Shown: piece by piece, positions 28,499 to 40,000 of the stretch
Numbering within the stretch: position 1 is the first letter of the stretch
Layout: each line of letters begins with the position of its first letter
Virus record (IMG/VR): IMGVR_UViG_3300035502_000313
Location: 32,001-96,000 of that record
Reading direction: 5' to 3' (one strand)
Length of the DNA stretch: 64,000 nucleotides
From: a virus
Lineage: Duplodnaviria > Caudoviricetes
Made by a program: the position numbers and the translations under genes
Notes under the pieces: generated by a model
The model's input: the letters and a program-made list of their open reading frames with translations, nothing else
What the model was told of the DNA's origin: nothing
Databases searched by the model: none

Positions 28499-28913
28499 TA
28501 CAACGTTTACATTAGACCAATTCGCTGACAGTAAATCATCTAATGATATATCCTATTATTCTATGAGTCTTTTAGAAAAAGATCCTGATAATAATATAGA
28601 ATACGATGTGTTTAACGTAGTGTCTGATTATATAAACGAACTTAAAGCTATGTCTAGTACAGTTGTTTTATCAGAGAATGAGTATTATACATATAGGTTT
28701 AAACCAAAGCTATTAGCTGATTACCTATATGGCAATACAGAATTATACTTTATAATTTTATGGCTTAACGACATGTGGTCTGTAAAAGATTTTGACCTAA
28801 GAGAAATAAAACTCATAAAGAATACAGAGCTTTCTGATGCTTTAAGCAAGATTAACTCTGCTGAGAAAGCATTTATCAAATCATATAATGAAGCAGCTCT
28901 TGCTAGTTATTAA
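28482..28913 (+). CDS. baseplate wedge protein (T4 gp53/LysM-like)
   Basis: FKPKLLADYLYGNTELYFIILWLN motif. Confidence 0.7.
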   Translation: MSTKTNTTFTLDQFADSKSSNDISYYSMSLLEKDPDNNIEYDVFNVVSDYINELKAMSSTVVLSENEYYTYRFKPKLLADYLYGNTELYFIILWLNDMWSVKDFDLREIKLIKNTELSDALSKINSAEKAFIKSYNEAALASY

Positions 28914-31048
28914 GCAAAAGCTTTCTTCAAATATGCCATATATGCTGTATGATCAATTTCTGGAACTCGTACAAACAATCCATTTGATGAACAATCTTGT
29001 TCAGGCACATAGGTTTTTGTAGGTTCCACAAATCTATCAGTATCTGGAATCTCACCATTCTTTAACATCATAAAGTGTGAGTACAACATTCCAAAATCCT
29101 TTTCGGTAAACTGATCACCATATTTAATATTATAATCGTGAACAAGTCTTTCCTCTTTACTTCCCGTTGGGTCGTAAATTCTTGTATACTCATCAGAGTA
29201 TCTTGAAATGCAATTAAGTGAATTGATATTTGTACACATAATATTTCCCATCTCTTTTCCTTTTAATGCTCTTAAACGTTTTTCGGGTGACATAGCATTC
29301 ATGTTCGTTAAACCGTTTATGAGTTTTGGATTTGTTCTCCAATATACATCATATATTGGCTTTGTTCCATCAGAATTTAATACTACGGGGTTCTGCACTT
29401 GCGGAACCTCTGTATTATCTTCCAAAATTGGTTTGCGGTCATCATTGTTTGGAAGATCAACAGAATTGTCTACTTCACATTCTTCTACATTCTTATTACT
29501 CAAATCTAACTTGTACAATGGCTCTTTAAGTCCTACATCACAAGTAAGATTGATACTATCAATATTATCATAAGGATGATAGATACCTAATGAATAATTT
29601 AATGGTTTTGTATATGGTTCGAATCTATGCTTTATAAGTTTGATAGATAGATACTTTTCTCCAAGTCTATTAATATATGAAGGAGCTATAACAAATGCAC
29701 CATCCAAATTATTAAGAATAAGCATTGATTCACCCAAATTACTTCTGTCAATACAAGGAAGAAGATTAAGTTTACCTTTATCTCTAGCTTCATCGACTTT
29801 CTTATTAGCTTCTCTATTCAACTGACCTGCTGTGATAATCGGAATATCCATATCAGATGCAATTGATTTCATCTCATTGATAATAGAACCTAATCTAAGT
29901 CTTTCATCAGATGCTCTAAAACTATCAATAGATCTAATTACATTAATATAGTCTATAATATAACAGATAACTTCATATCCATTTTCTTCAAGAGTATCTG
30001 ACAAATCATATAGATAACCTGTATCAATAGAGTTACTTGGTTCGTATTTTATAATAAGGTCTATAGGGTTCTCATCATTAACAATAAGTCCTTTATCTCT
30101 CATCATTTGAATTCCTTCATCAATACCAACTTCATTCATTCTATGACCAGTCACCATTGAGAATAATCTTGTGAATGATTCTCTCTTAGTATTCTCAAGT
30201 GTAAGATAAACTACAGCAGGTTGTTTTGTAGGGTCTTTTGTCTTAAACTTCTTATTATAAAGCTTAATCTGATATGCAAGATTAAGAAGAGTTAATGACT
30301 TACCCTCACCCTGAAGTCCAAAGAAACCATATACACGACCATTTTCAAATCCATTACCAAGAAGATAGTTCATACCTACCATACCAGTTGATAACTTACT
30401 AGATGGATTAGATACATATGAATGTGTATCTCTTGCATAATCTTCAAATATACCATCTCTGAGACATACGAACTCCTGTTCAGAATCATTAACAGTATTA
30501 TTTCTTATATGATTATTACAATCATGAATATATTCTTTCCAACTATCAACGATAGCAGACTTCTCATATGCAGAAGCATTATCAAATGCTGTCTTAATTT
30601 CTGCAAATTTATCTATATAAGATGAAAATGTAGCAGTATCCAACAAACTGGATACCATTGTGTTTACATACTCTACATCTTTATTAGACATCTCTTGAAA
30701 ATTTATATTATATTCTCCAGTATGCGTCGTATCCTTTTGAATAATATAATCCCATACCTTCTTAGAATCTGTAATTCCATATATAATTCTGGCATCCAAT
30801 GCGAATCTTATAAAATCCAATCTTTCGATGTCAGCATCACTTTTATAGTCATTGATATTTATAATATCAAAAAGTTCCTTTATGTTTTTATAACCTTTGA
30901 TCTTTATATTTCTATTAGTAGAAACTAAGTACGAACAAATCATATCAAGAATAATATATGATAATTTCTGATTCAATTCTCGTTTACTATTGTATTTTTT
31001 AGAATTCTTTTCATTCTTCTCATATCTCTGAGCAATACGTACTGCCAT
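28910..31048 (-). CDS. dnaB: replicative helicase (DnaB-like) with C-terminal extension
   Basis: LSTGMVGMN, Walker A GLQGEGKS, YLTLEN, IIDYIN, PIITAGQLNR, IKHR. Confidence 0.88.
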   Translation of the reverse strand: MAVRIAQRYEKNEKNSKKYNSKRELNQKLSYIILDMICSYLVSTNRNIKIKGYKNIKELFDIININDYKSDADIERLDFIRFALDARIIYGITDSKKVWDYIIQKDTTHTGEYNINFQEMSNKDVEYVNTMVSSLLDTATFSSYIDKFAEIKTAFDNASAYEKSAIVDSWKEYIHDCNNHIRNNTVNDSEQEFVCLRDGIFEDYARDTHSYVSNPSSKLSTGMVGMNYLLGNGFENGRVYGFFGLQGEGKSLTLLNLAYQIKLYNKKFKTKDPTKQPAVVYLTLENTKRESFTRLFSMVTGHRMNEVGIDEGIQMMRDKGLIVNDENPIDLIIKYEPSNSIDTGYLYDLSDTLEENGYEVICYIIDYINVIRSIDSFRASDERLRLGSIINEMKSIASDMDIPIITAGQLNREANKKVDEARDKGKLNLLPCIDRSNLGESMLILNNLDGAFVIAPSYINRLGEKYLSIKLIKHRFEPYTKPLNYSLGIYHPYDNIDSINLTCDVGLKEPLYKLDLSNKNVEECEVDNSVDLPNNDDRKPILEDNTEVPQVQNPVVLNSDGTKPIYDVYWRTNPKLINGLTNMNAMSPEKRLRALKGKEMGNIMCTNINSLNCISRYSDEYTRIYDPTGSKEERLVHDYNIKYGDQFTEKDFGMLYSHFMMLKNGEIPDTDRFVEPTKTYVPEQDCSSNGLFVRVPEIDHTAYMAYLKKAFA

Positions 31049-31221
31049 TTCATATAACCTCCAATGCTAGGTTTTTCTCTTTACATGATTGTTTGGTATG
31101 TGGTAGATTAATAATAAATAACGTTCATCAGCTTACATAATACGTACGAATATAATAAAAAATAATGGGGCTGAACAAACAGCCCCAAAATATATTGAAA
31201 GGATTAACGAATTGGTGTATT

Positions 31222-31722
31222 TTATACATTATTTCTGTAGTAATAGTTTCTATTGAGAAATTTGTATGTGTTAATATCAGTATTAACCATACAGAAATTA
31301 TTCTCAAAATCAACTAAATGGTCTGCTGTCATAAATCCTTTGCTGGCAGCATCTCCGATTACATCATCGATATCTGGATTATCCCTATCTATTACGAGAA
31401 AAACTGGGATTTTATCAAATCCACTCAATCCATCAAACAGTTCAATTATTTCATTGACGTATTGATACATCGTTGAATAAGGAATTCCAGGTTCATTCCA
31501 TCCTCGTATGACTGCAAACTTTTTAACTGCTTTGTAGCATAAGTAATAAATATCTCCTTCGATGATTCCGAGATAGTTTCTCATCTCGTCAGTTAATTCA
31601 GCTTCCATGTCAATGACATCAAAGCTCAACCATGAGTCTGTAACTTGATTAGTTATCTTGTATCTCGTTATTCCATCAAGCACATGTTCTTTCTTAATTT
31701 TGTTATCTTTAAATATAAACAT
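31222..31722 (-). CDS. hypothetical early protein
   Basis: Preceded by the family-B leader and GGAGG; terminator-like hairpin at 31164-31187. Confidence 0.75.
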   Translation of the reverse strand: MFIFKDNKIKKEHVLDGITRYKITNQVTDSWLSFDVIDMEAELTDEMRNYLGIIEGDIYYLCYKAVKKFAVIRGWNEPGIPYSTMYQYVNEIIELFDGLSGFDKIPVFLVIDRDNPDIDDVIGDAASKGFMTADHLVDFENNFCMVNTDINTYKFLNRNYYYRNNV

Positions 31723-31791
31723 AATATACCTCCGATAGGACGTTGAATCTTTATAAGAGTTTTACTCTATCCTATCACTGATATTATATAC
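31723..31791 (-). promoter_or_regulatory. early-type promoter plus structured leader, family B (second copy)
   Basis: GTATATAAT, then GATAGGA...TCCTATC enclosing AGAGT/ACTCT, ending GGAGGTATATTATG as at 11341. Confidence 0.7.
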
Positions 31792-31800
31792 AAATAATTA

Positions 31801-32916
31801 CTATATTGCTTCTGACAATATCCTCATCAATTCATCTGTAGTTATAAACTCTTCTCCTTTACTTTGATTAACAAAACGAGTGAAGATTTCATATTCAGAC
31901 AGGTTATTATCAAGAAGATAATCATATTGAGCAAATTGGTCATTGTTCTTTTGATTCTCTCTTACAGTTTCCATAAATCCAGAATCTTGTACATCTATTT
32001 TTATATCTTGAATTGTGCTAAAGTATTGTTTAACTGCATCTGTAGACGTTGTAGCATTCTTGAATCTTACTTTTAAGAAATCTATTCCATTCATCTTAAG
32101 ATTACATATATGAGTTATAATTGTCTTAGGATCCATATCAATCATATTGTCAAGGTTTATTGTATCGTATCTGAATGATTTGATAGGTTGGAAATCTACA
32201 GTATACTGATGAGTATACTTATCATAAAGACAAACAAGAAATCCCTTTTCTTGTTCTTCTCCAAACTTCCATCTTAATGGACTTCCAGAATAATATATAT
32301 GATTCTGATAACATCCTTGAACGTGAACATGACCACATAATATAGGACCATTACATCTAGCGAAGCTATTTATATCAAATACTGGATTCTTAACTGTATC
32401 TAAATCAGCTTTATCAAGTCCATATATAGCTCCTTTAATATTACCATGAAGCACAGCCATATCATATTCTTGAGTATAATAAAGAGCTTGTTCATAGTAT
32501 TCTCTTCCTTTACCATACTCTTCTGGAATACAAAGAACCGTGGTTCCTTTAATATCTTGAAATTGCATATTTTCTACGATACGGATATCGACACCAGAAT
32601 TTATATATCTATAGAATAGCTTTAATTGATCAGCATCGTGTGAGAATGTTCCATGTAATAATACAAGAGTAGCATTATTTTGAATACATAGCTTAACAAT
32701 CTCATCCACAAATAATAAAGCATACATAATTACATCAGAATTAGACATAAACTTATGATGAAACAAATCACCATTAATAAAGAATGCATCGAAATGAATC
32801 ATACGAAGTTTATTAATCATTTGCTCCATAAGTATATCATATTGTATTTTAGGATCCATGGCTCCAAAATGTATATCTGCTGTATGAATTTCAACAAGTG
32901 TTCTATCTGAGTACAT
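31801..32916 (-). CDS. SbcD/Mre11-like metallophosphoesterase nuclease
   Basis: HTADIHFG, NGDLFH, HGTFSHD, GHVH, YSGS...FGEE.EKG. Confidence 0.88.
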   Translation of the reverse strand: MYSDRTLVEIHTADIHFGAMDPKIQYDILMEQMINKLRMIHFDAFFINGDLFHHKFMSNSDVIMYALLFVDEIVKLCIQNNATLVLLHGTFSHDADQLKLFYRYINSGVDIRIVENMQFQDIKGTTVLCIPEEYGKGREYYEQALYYTQEYDMAVLHGNIKGAIYGLDKADLDTVKNPVFDINSFARCNGPILCGHVHVQGCYQNHIYYSGSPLRWKFGEEQEKGFLVCLYDKYTHQYTVDFQPIKSFRYDTINLDNMIDMDPKTIITHICNLKMNGIDFLKVRFKNATTSTDAVKQYFSTIQDIKIDVQDSGFMETVRENQKNNDQFAQYDYLLDNNLSEYEIFTRFVNQSKGEEFITTDELMRILSEAI

Positions 32917-32977
32917 ATAATCTCCTCCAAACTTAAATTATATGAAAGTTTTTATATATGTCAAACTTAAGTTACAT

Positions 32978-33111
32978 TATATATTATCTATGTAATAAGT
33001 AGAGATAGAATTAGACTATCCTTTGAACAGCTACTTAAAGTCCAGTTCATGACAATAAACCGAGCGTCATACGAAATAAGCCATGTTTCAAAATTTAAGG
33101 AGGAAACAAAA
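32978..33111 (+). promoter_or_regulatory. early-type promoter plus structured leader, family A
   Basis: TAAGTAG/CTACTTA outer stem and GATAG/CTATC inner hairpin; homologous to 12614 and 58991. Confidence 0.6.
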
Positions 33112-34602
33112 ATGAAAGTACGTAAAAATAATATGTCAGACAACAGCAGCACGGAGATTATGAAAAGGATATTTAATAACTTCCTTACATCCGATAGAAG
33201 TTTAATGACCTTTGTTGTTAAACAGGGAAGGAACGATTTCTATGTAGTCATGATAGTAAAGGATGTTGTTGGAGCTAAATACTCTGTTCATCCTGAAGAC
33301 ACAGTCTTTACCTTCGTAGCTCCATTACGTGTATATGGAACACGAAAAATGAAGACTAAATCAAATCATGTTATCAAAGTCCATGTTAATGGTAAAATCG
33401 GAACCATTAACAGTGATGATATATATGAAATCAGCACTCAGAATCTGTTTAAAGATTACTGTTACATATGTAATCTTTCCAAGTCCGATACAAAGAGTGC
33501 CGTAACAGCATTCATAAATTCATCTGCATGGTCAGAGAATGGAATATCTAATGCTGACTTCAATGAAAATGACTTCGAGTCTATCGATGCAGTTAAGATG
33601 ATGCTGTCTGACGAAGAAGAAGTCACAACCGAGGTCGATCAGGAAGTATCTGAAGTAATAGAGGCTGAATATGAAGAAATCTCAACTGAGGTTGCTGAGC
33701 CTGATACAATGTCTGATGAAGACAGAATCCTTGAAGCGTTTATGAATGAGAAATTTGTGTCAGAGCAGATTATCAATATTCATAATGAAATGCTTGACAA
33801 TCTGATAATTCCACCGGATGAAGTTCTTGACTTTATGAAAAGAGCTGATTCCAACTGCAATTATCTGCAGTCATTGCAGGAAAATGAGAAACAGCTTATT
33901 GATTCTCATAAAGTGACAATCGATTCTATCAGTGATCTTAGAGATAAGATAGAGTCTCTTAAAACTAAGCTTACTGAGCTTGAGGCGATATCTGAGAAAG
34001 AAGAATCTCTTGATATTGGACTTAAGAAATCAATCGTTGATATTAAATCCAACGTTGAAACAGATATCCGTAAACTCAACTCATTTATGGAATCTGCAAA
34101 GAGAGAAAAGGCTGCTTCAGAAATGCGTAATCGTATAGACAGTATGCTTAGTGGACTTTCTAACGATGAGGCAGAGTATCTCAGAAGCAAACTTGGAATT
34201 AGTAGTACTCCTGCTATTGAAATGAAGACTTCTGAAATCGTTATCACTGACGGTGCTTGTGTTAGTGACAACGCAAACGGATATTCATGGGCAGAATACA
34301 AATCACATATCGTGGATGTTTGCCAGGGACATTCTCTCCCTAGCAAGCTTGTATTCAAGGCATTGGCTGATGTAATTAAAAATGGCATGACTCATGCTAC
34401 ATTGGCTGATAAACTCAATAGTGTACATTATGCTAACAAAGCTATTGAGTTCTGCAGAAAGTATGGCTATCTTCCTGAGAAGAAGAAATATGCAAAGCGT
34501 AGAGTTTCTTCAGATCAGATAAAAAATAGAGGCAAAGCCATCACTACAAATTCCAAGAAGAGAAAGGAAGCTATCGAAATGGCTTTCAACTCTAACAAGT
34601 AA
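33112..34602 (+). CDS. hypothetical protein with central coiled coil
   Basis: ATG at 33112 behind AAGGAGG; heptad-rich middle; terminator at 34609-34640. Confidence 0.8.
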   Translation: MKVRKNNMSDNSSTEIMKRIFNNFLTSDRSLMTFVVKQGRNDFYVVMIVKDVVGAKYSVHPEDTVFTFVAPLRVYGTRKMKTKSNHVIKVHVNGKIGTINSDDIYEISTQNLFKDYCYICNLSKSDTKSAVTAFINSSAWSENGISNADFNENDFESIDAVKMMLSDEEEVTTEVDQEVSEVIEAEYEEISTEVAEPDTMSDEDRILEAFMNEKFVSEQIINIHNEMLDNLIIPPDEVLDFMKRADSNCNYLQSLQENEKQLIDSHKVTIDSISDLRDKIESLKTKLTELEAISEKEESLDIGLKKSIVDIKSNVETDIRKLNSFMESAKREKAASEMRNRIDSMLSGLSNDEAEYLRSKLGISSTPAIEMKTSEIVITDGACVSDNANGYSWAEYKSHIVDVCQGHSLPSKLVFKALADVIKNGMTHATLADKLNSVHYANKAIEFCRKYGYLPEKKKYAKRRVSSDQIKNRGKAITTNSKKRKEAIEMAFNSNK

Positions 34603-34694
34603 TCAAATACAAAGCGGACTCTACATCCGCTTTGTTTTTTCATATATACAATCTCTTCAACCATTATATAAATATAAAATAGGAGGTGTTTTTA

Positions 34695-35507
34695 GTGGAT
34701 ATTTCTTATCTATCATTTGATACAGGAATAGATGATGACAGGATTTATGCTCATAGAGGAGATATATTTATATGTGATGATTTATTTAAACCTCTCGAAG
34801 AACTTGATAAAGATGATCATATTTTAGGAAAGCCTACTAGACCTGTAATCATAATTTCTAATGATAACTATAATAGAAATATAGTTAAAGTTTTACCATT
34901 TTCAACTAAAGCCGGTTCAGATGATTCAAACGCTATTTCATCTGGCAGAGTTATTAGGGTCCCTGGAATTAATAAAAGTCCAAACCCAAGTTATATTGAT
35001 GTGTCTCAGGTATTCACAATCAATACGTATCAGCTTAAAATTAAATTAGGACATGCTTCTCAAGAGATTGTAGATGCTGCGGTTGCTATGCATGCATTAC
35101 AAAATGTTGCTGATACAACTTCTATTGATACACTTGTTAAAGTATTTAAAGACAGATACCCTAAAGCACAAGTGTTCAATCAAGTTGTTCAAGTTCCTAA
35201 GAGTACAAATCCAGATACTCAACACAAGATAATAAATAATATGTTTAATCCGTGTGAGGATTTATTTGCAGATGTAAGACAAGTTTCATACACAGAACTT
35301 GCTAGTGAGATTAAGCATACTATAAAATTTCCTGATACTAAAGAAGAAGCTTATGAACTTTATCAGGAATGGTTAACTTTAGGAACTGATTTATTTAGAA
35401 GTAAATATGGTCTTACAAGACAGCAATATATTACGTTACGAGACAAATGTGTATATAAGATGCTTGGTAAAATGCCAAACTTTAAAAAGCATGATTGGTC
35501 TACATAA
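34695..35507 (+). CDS. MazF/PemK-like endoribonuclease domain with C-terminal extension
   Basis: HRGDIF...KPTRPVIIISND.YN...VKVLPFST...SYIDVSQVFTI...L..KLG matches the PemK/MazF pattern. Confidence 0.8.
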   Translation: MDISYLSFDTGIDDDRIYAHRGDIFICDDLFKPLEELDKDDHILGKPTRPVIIISNDNYNRNIVKVLPFSTKAGSDDSNAISSGRVIRVPGINKSPNPSYIDVSQVFTINTYQLKIKLGHASQEIVDAAVAMHALQNVADTTSIDTLVKVFKDRYPKAQVFNQVVQVPKSTNPDTQHKIINNMFNPCEDLFADVRQVSYTELASEIKHTIKFPDTKEEAYELYQEWLTLGTDLFRSKYGLTRQQYITLRDKCVYKMLGKMPNFKKHDWST

Positions 35508-35648
35508 TATTAATACAGACTGGGTAATTCCAGTCTGTAATTTTATTTTGTTTTATTTATATATTATTATTGTGATTAGGCGAGCTGTTATATGATGCTT
35601 ATCCATACTGGTGGTATTCCAGAAATTATTTATAAAGGAGTCTTTAAT

Positions 35649-35999
35649 ATGAAGATTTATGTGCACTGTCCAATTAACACTGATGGAGAATACGATTATA
35701 AGTCGTTCAGCTCCAATGAGATTATCGGGGAGTATAAAGCTCCTGCAGGGAGATCATTTTCAATCTCCTGCAAGAGTTGTAAAAGTGGTACTTATCAGAA
35801 GTACCACTATTTTAATAAAGGATTGTCTCATGATATGTTTGAATATATCATGAGACATAAATTCGTAATTCTTGAATTCGAGGATTATGAATTCGATGTA
35901 ATCCTCGAAGAAGAAGAAAGTGATGACTATTATGGTGTCACCACTTTCAAAAAGGCTCTGGGATTGTCCATGATGGACGATGCCAGATGGTCTAAGTAA
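35649..35999 (+). CDS. hypothetical early protein
   Basis: ATG at 35649 behind AAGGAG; early-type promoter at ~35558; terminator at 36005-36039. Confidence 0.7.
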   Translation: MKIYVHCPINTDGEYDYKSFSSNEIIGEYKAPAGRSFSISCKSCKSGTYQKYHYFNKGLSHDMFEYIMRHKFVILEFEDYEFDVILEEEESDDYYGVTTFKKALGLSMMDDARWSK

Positions 36000-36092
36000 A
36001 AGAGAGAACACCCTGTGGTTGATAGGGGTGTTCTTTTTTGTCTTATAACTTGAACTTTAATATAAATGACTAATGTAAAGGAGGATATAATA

Positions 36093-37028
36093 ATGTCAAA
36101 AACGTATAATAACACATTTATCTATACTAAGTTTCCGTATGAGGAAAACATTTTTAGATTTCTAATTAATTCAACACGTATTGATAAGAAGTCGCCTAAG
36201 TTTGATGATATCAGATATGAGTTTAAAAAGAGACAGCTTGATAACTGTCTGCTAAAGGTTCTTAATTCTGATAATGTAATTCTTTGTACTTCCGATTCTT
36301 TACCTCTCAATACTCAATTTAGAGTAATGTGTGCTAGGGATCCTAAATTTAAATCTGATACAAATTACAAAATCTTTATTGACTGTACTGGTCTTATTGT
36401 ATTAGATAAGGACGGTAATTATAGATGTCATAGTATTGATATTTTAGTTTCTCATATTGTTAATGCTATGGTATCCATGATTTATCATAAGGCTGAAAAT
36501 CAGATTCTTTCTACTCAGCTTATTAATGATTCTATGGAATGCTTTGCTAATCTATTTACACATGTAATTGATTATCTTACAAAGATTTCAGTTATTCCTT
36601 CTACAAAGTCTAAGTGTCAATTCTTAGCTTGTATGTATTTCACAGAGAATATTATTCAGAAGGAATTTAATACAAACTATCAGCATATAGCTGGTAAGAT
36701 TACTAACCTTTCTGAGAGAGAACAGGATATGATTATGAACCAGTGTGATGAAGGAGACTTCTCTGATATTAAATCTTTTGTCGCTAAAATTGCTGAAATG
36801 ATCAAAGCTCCAAATCTTAAAGTTGATAATGTAATTGATAAGTGGATGTATCTATATGGTGCTAATACTGTATTTGCACTTGAATATTATCCAGCATTGT
36901 CAGCTATGTTAACTGATGCTTATTGTGGTGCTTATTTGAATAATCAGAAGACTATTGAAAAAGTGGTCGGAAATACTCTTGTAAGCTACACAAAGAACGT
37001 TATTGCTAAAGGTGGTACATTAGTATGA
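36093..37028 (+). CDS. hypothetical, probably virion-associated protein
   Basis: RBS AAGGAGG; AACT-N6-TA at 36053-36064; first gene of the structural operon. Confidence 0.75.
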   Translation: MSKTYNNTFIYTKFPYEENIFRFLINSTRIDKKSPKFDDIRYEFKKRQLDNCLLKVLNSDNVILCTSDSLPLNTQFRVMCARDPKFKSDTNYKIFIDCTGLIVLDKDGNYRCHSIDILVSHIVNAMVSMIYHKAENQILSTQLINDSMECFANLFTHVIDYLTKISVIPSTKSKCQFLACMYFTENIIQKEFNTNYQHIAGKITNLSEREQDMIMNQCDEGDFSDIKSFVAKIAEMIKAPNLKVDNVIDKWMYLYGANTVFALEYYPALSAMLTDAYCGAYLNNQKTIEKVVGNTLVSYTKNVIAKGGTLV

Positions 37029-40000
37029 GTAAATACATTGAGGACGTACAAGGTAAAATTGTGTCTAATCCTATTAATGAGACTAATACTAAATATGGCT
37101 TCAATGAAAAAAGCGAAGATGGAATATACTATAATGATAATTATCCTATAGATACTCAGTATATGTATAATTATGATGAGCCTGTAAGTGATATAGATAC
37201 CGCTTATTATGATGATTACAGAAACAAGATTGAGGAACTTAGAAAAAGAACAGAGAGTACTTATGAAGCTCTAGAATCTTGCTTGGTTCCTGTAGAGATT
37301 CCTGGAATGTCGTTTCAACCATATGAGTTCCAAACCACTGAAACTGATGATGGAGAAGTAATTAAAGAGAAACAAAAATCTTTCACTTATTTTTTCCAAG
37401 ATCATCTATCTCCTATAGGAGAAGATTCAAAAGAATTTGTGTTTAGAACTAATAAGGTTAAATTTATAGATGATAGACATCGTAGATTAATATATGATAG
37501 AACTATTCATCTTATGACATTGAAGGAAGACGAGGATAATAAAGTATCATTTAGAAATGTTCTTCTTCGTACTTTCTTTGAATACTATAATAAAAACTAT
37601 TATCCACTTACTAGGACAGTCGATGCAATTAATATTAACATAGACAGTATTATTAATGATATTTATAGTAATATCATTAGTAGTGGTGAGACATATACTG
37701 TATTAGATTCTGATGGTGAAGAAAAGACTTTAAGTTCTAAGTCTGATTTTGATCTCGTATTTCAATCTGGTCAAGATATAGATACACTGATTCCTAGTAC
37801 AGTATACAATCTTTATAATATTGGATGGCTTGAAGCTTCTGTAATGTTCTTAAATGGTATTATTATACCATGGACTAAGATAATAATTTCTGTAGATAAT
37901 ATAGATACATTTATTATCATATCTAAACTACTAGAAGCTACATCAAATCTATTAGATGATGATAAAGATATTTACTTGGATTATGTACATATTCCATTTA
38001 AAGTAGCATATGCATCTGGTAGAATAAGCTCATCTGATAATAGCTTGATATATTACAAGTATACAGCTGGAGAAGAAATCAATAAAGATAACGATATAAT
38101 ATTTATTATTGATAAATATGGCGGTGTTAGATTTAGTTCATTAACAACAAATGTTAATTTTCGTAAAGTGTCTATATCTGATACATTTGATAGAATCATA
38201 TGCTTAGATCCTAATATTAAATATGCTGAGTTTTCTCTTGATTCTGATTTAAAAGATATTGGTATTGAGTATACTAAGACATTTAAAGATTTCTGTGGAA
38301 ATGATTATAGATGTAAACTTAAACAGTTTAACTTCTTAGGATTTGAACTTGATAGATATTATGAAAATGATGTAAACTATAAAGGAACATTTAAGAATGA
38401 TGACTTTACAGTAACTTGGCATCCATTTAATATAATGGATATCAGATTCAAACGTCTATTCAATAGAAAAAGAGTATTTAAAGTATTCTATAATACTAAG
38501 GTATTATATGATCAAGATAATATTCTAAGAATAAAGAATCACGATTATCTATTTGAAGAATATGAAAGATATAGACAGGATGTTACTGCTAATATAGAAA
38601 CATATCTAAACGAAATCTATATTCTAGCAAAGAAAGATATTGGTACATATATCACTACTGATGGTAAGATGTATGGTTATAAATATCATTATGTAACTCC
38701 TTATGAGTGTTTCTTACTATATAATGCTATCAATACTTCTGTTTATCATAATGCATATACTTCATTTGATGATTTCAGAAATATTAATGTAGCTGGATTA
38801 AGAACAGATTCAAGTAGATTTAAGACAATAATAAACACAGAGCTTACTGCAAATAGTGAAGGTAAATGTGTATGGGTTATTCCTATCGGTGGTAATAATC
38901 AACGTCCAGCTGTTAAGATTACCAGATTATCTGATGGTGATACTGTATTAGCTGATATCAACTTTAAAGATGATAATAGTCAAATCATTATTACTATGAG
39001 TAAAGATGGAAATAATATAGCTGCTGGTTCATATAGAGCTACATTATACTATGCTGATGTTATTAGATATAACCCTGATTTAAAATCTTCTAATGGTAAA
39101 TGTGTATGGACTATGACTGGTGTTGATTTAGATACTACTGTTACAGCAGTTTATAATGCTAATACCAATCAGATTGTATTAACTGATATTGAAAAGGTTG
39201 ATGATACTACATTTAATATCACCATCTATAGCGATGAAGACATAATAACAAGACAGTTCATTGCTGTATTAAATACAACTACTAATACTGTCGATAAGGG
39301 TAGTATATTAAATTATATGAATGGTGGATTTATTGCTATTCCTAGTGATGAAGATAGTATGTTCTTAAAGATGGTAAAAGAGAAAGATATCTATGAAGAC
39401 GATAAAGTAACTGTAAGAGATGATATTAAAGAATACTTTGAAAATATTGCAGAATCTACAAGTGCTTCGTTAGTAGATATTCTGGTTCCTATTGATAATG
39501 AATCTAGAACAGACAGCAAAACTCCTAGTGATTCTTTCTATATGTATGAGGGAGATTCTAAGGGAAAGATTATTCCATATTTATCTATCTATAGTGAATT
39601 TGGAATGGAACAAGAATACACAGATGTTAAGTATGATATATTGAAACTGAGATTTGAACTGTCATATCTTAATAATATGGAAGAAGGTGCAACTCCTGTT
39701 GATGAATTTATCTATTATTTTGATAATAGCGGCGTTATTAATATGGATAAGTATCCAGTCGTAGAAGACAATAATATTACATTTAGAACTACAGCTATTG
39801 ATTTAAATGCATTAGCTAAGAATATATTTAAGTTAGACCCACAGAATGTATATAGTTCTATTGAAAAAATGAACTGGTCTGCTGATTATATTATTCCTCA
39901 AACAATAAATGGTAAGAGAGAAAATTGTCTTGTTACATTAGAATCTGAACCACCAACTTCATCATATGATTATAGATTAGATCCTAGATTCTATTACAAT

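Noticed and set aside
28910-29600. Intein or intron in DnaB, RNAP, ligase or gyrase genes
   Set aside because: Motifs are contiguous. The DnaB extension is C-terminal and lacks intein splice-junction or LAGLIDADG motifs.
33112-34602. Chimallin (nuclear shell) or SbcC/Rad50 partner for the adjacent SbcD-like gene
   Set aside because: No Walker A/B motifs and no recognisable chimallin similarity; only a coiled coil can be supported.
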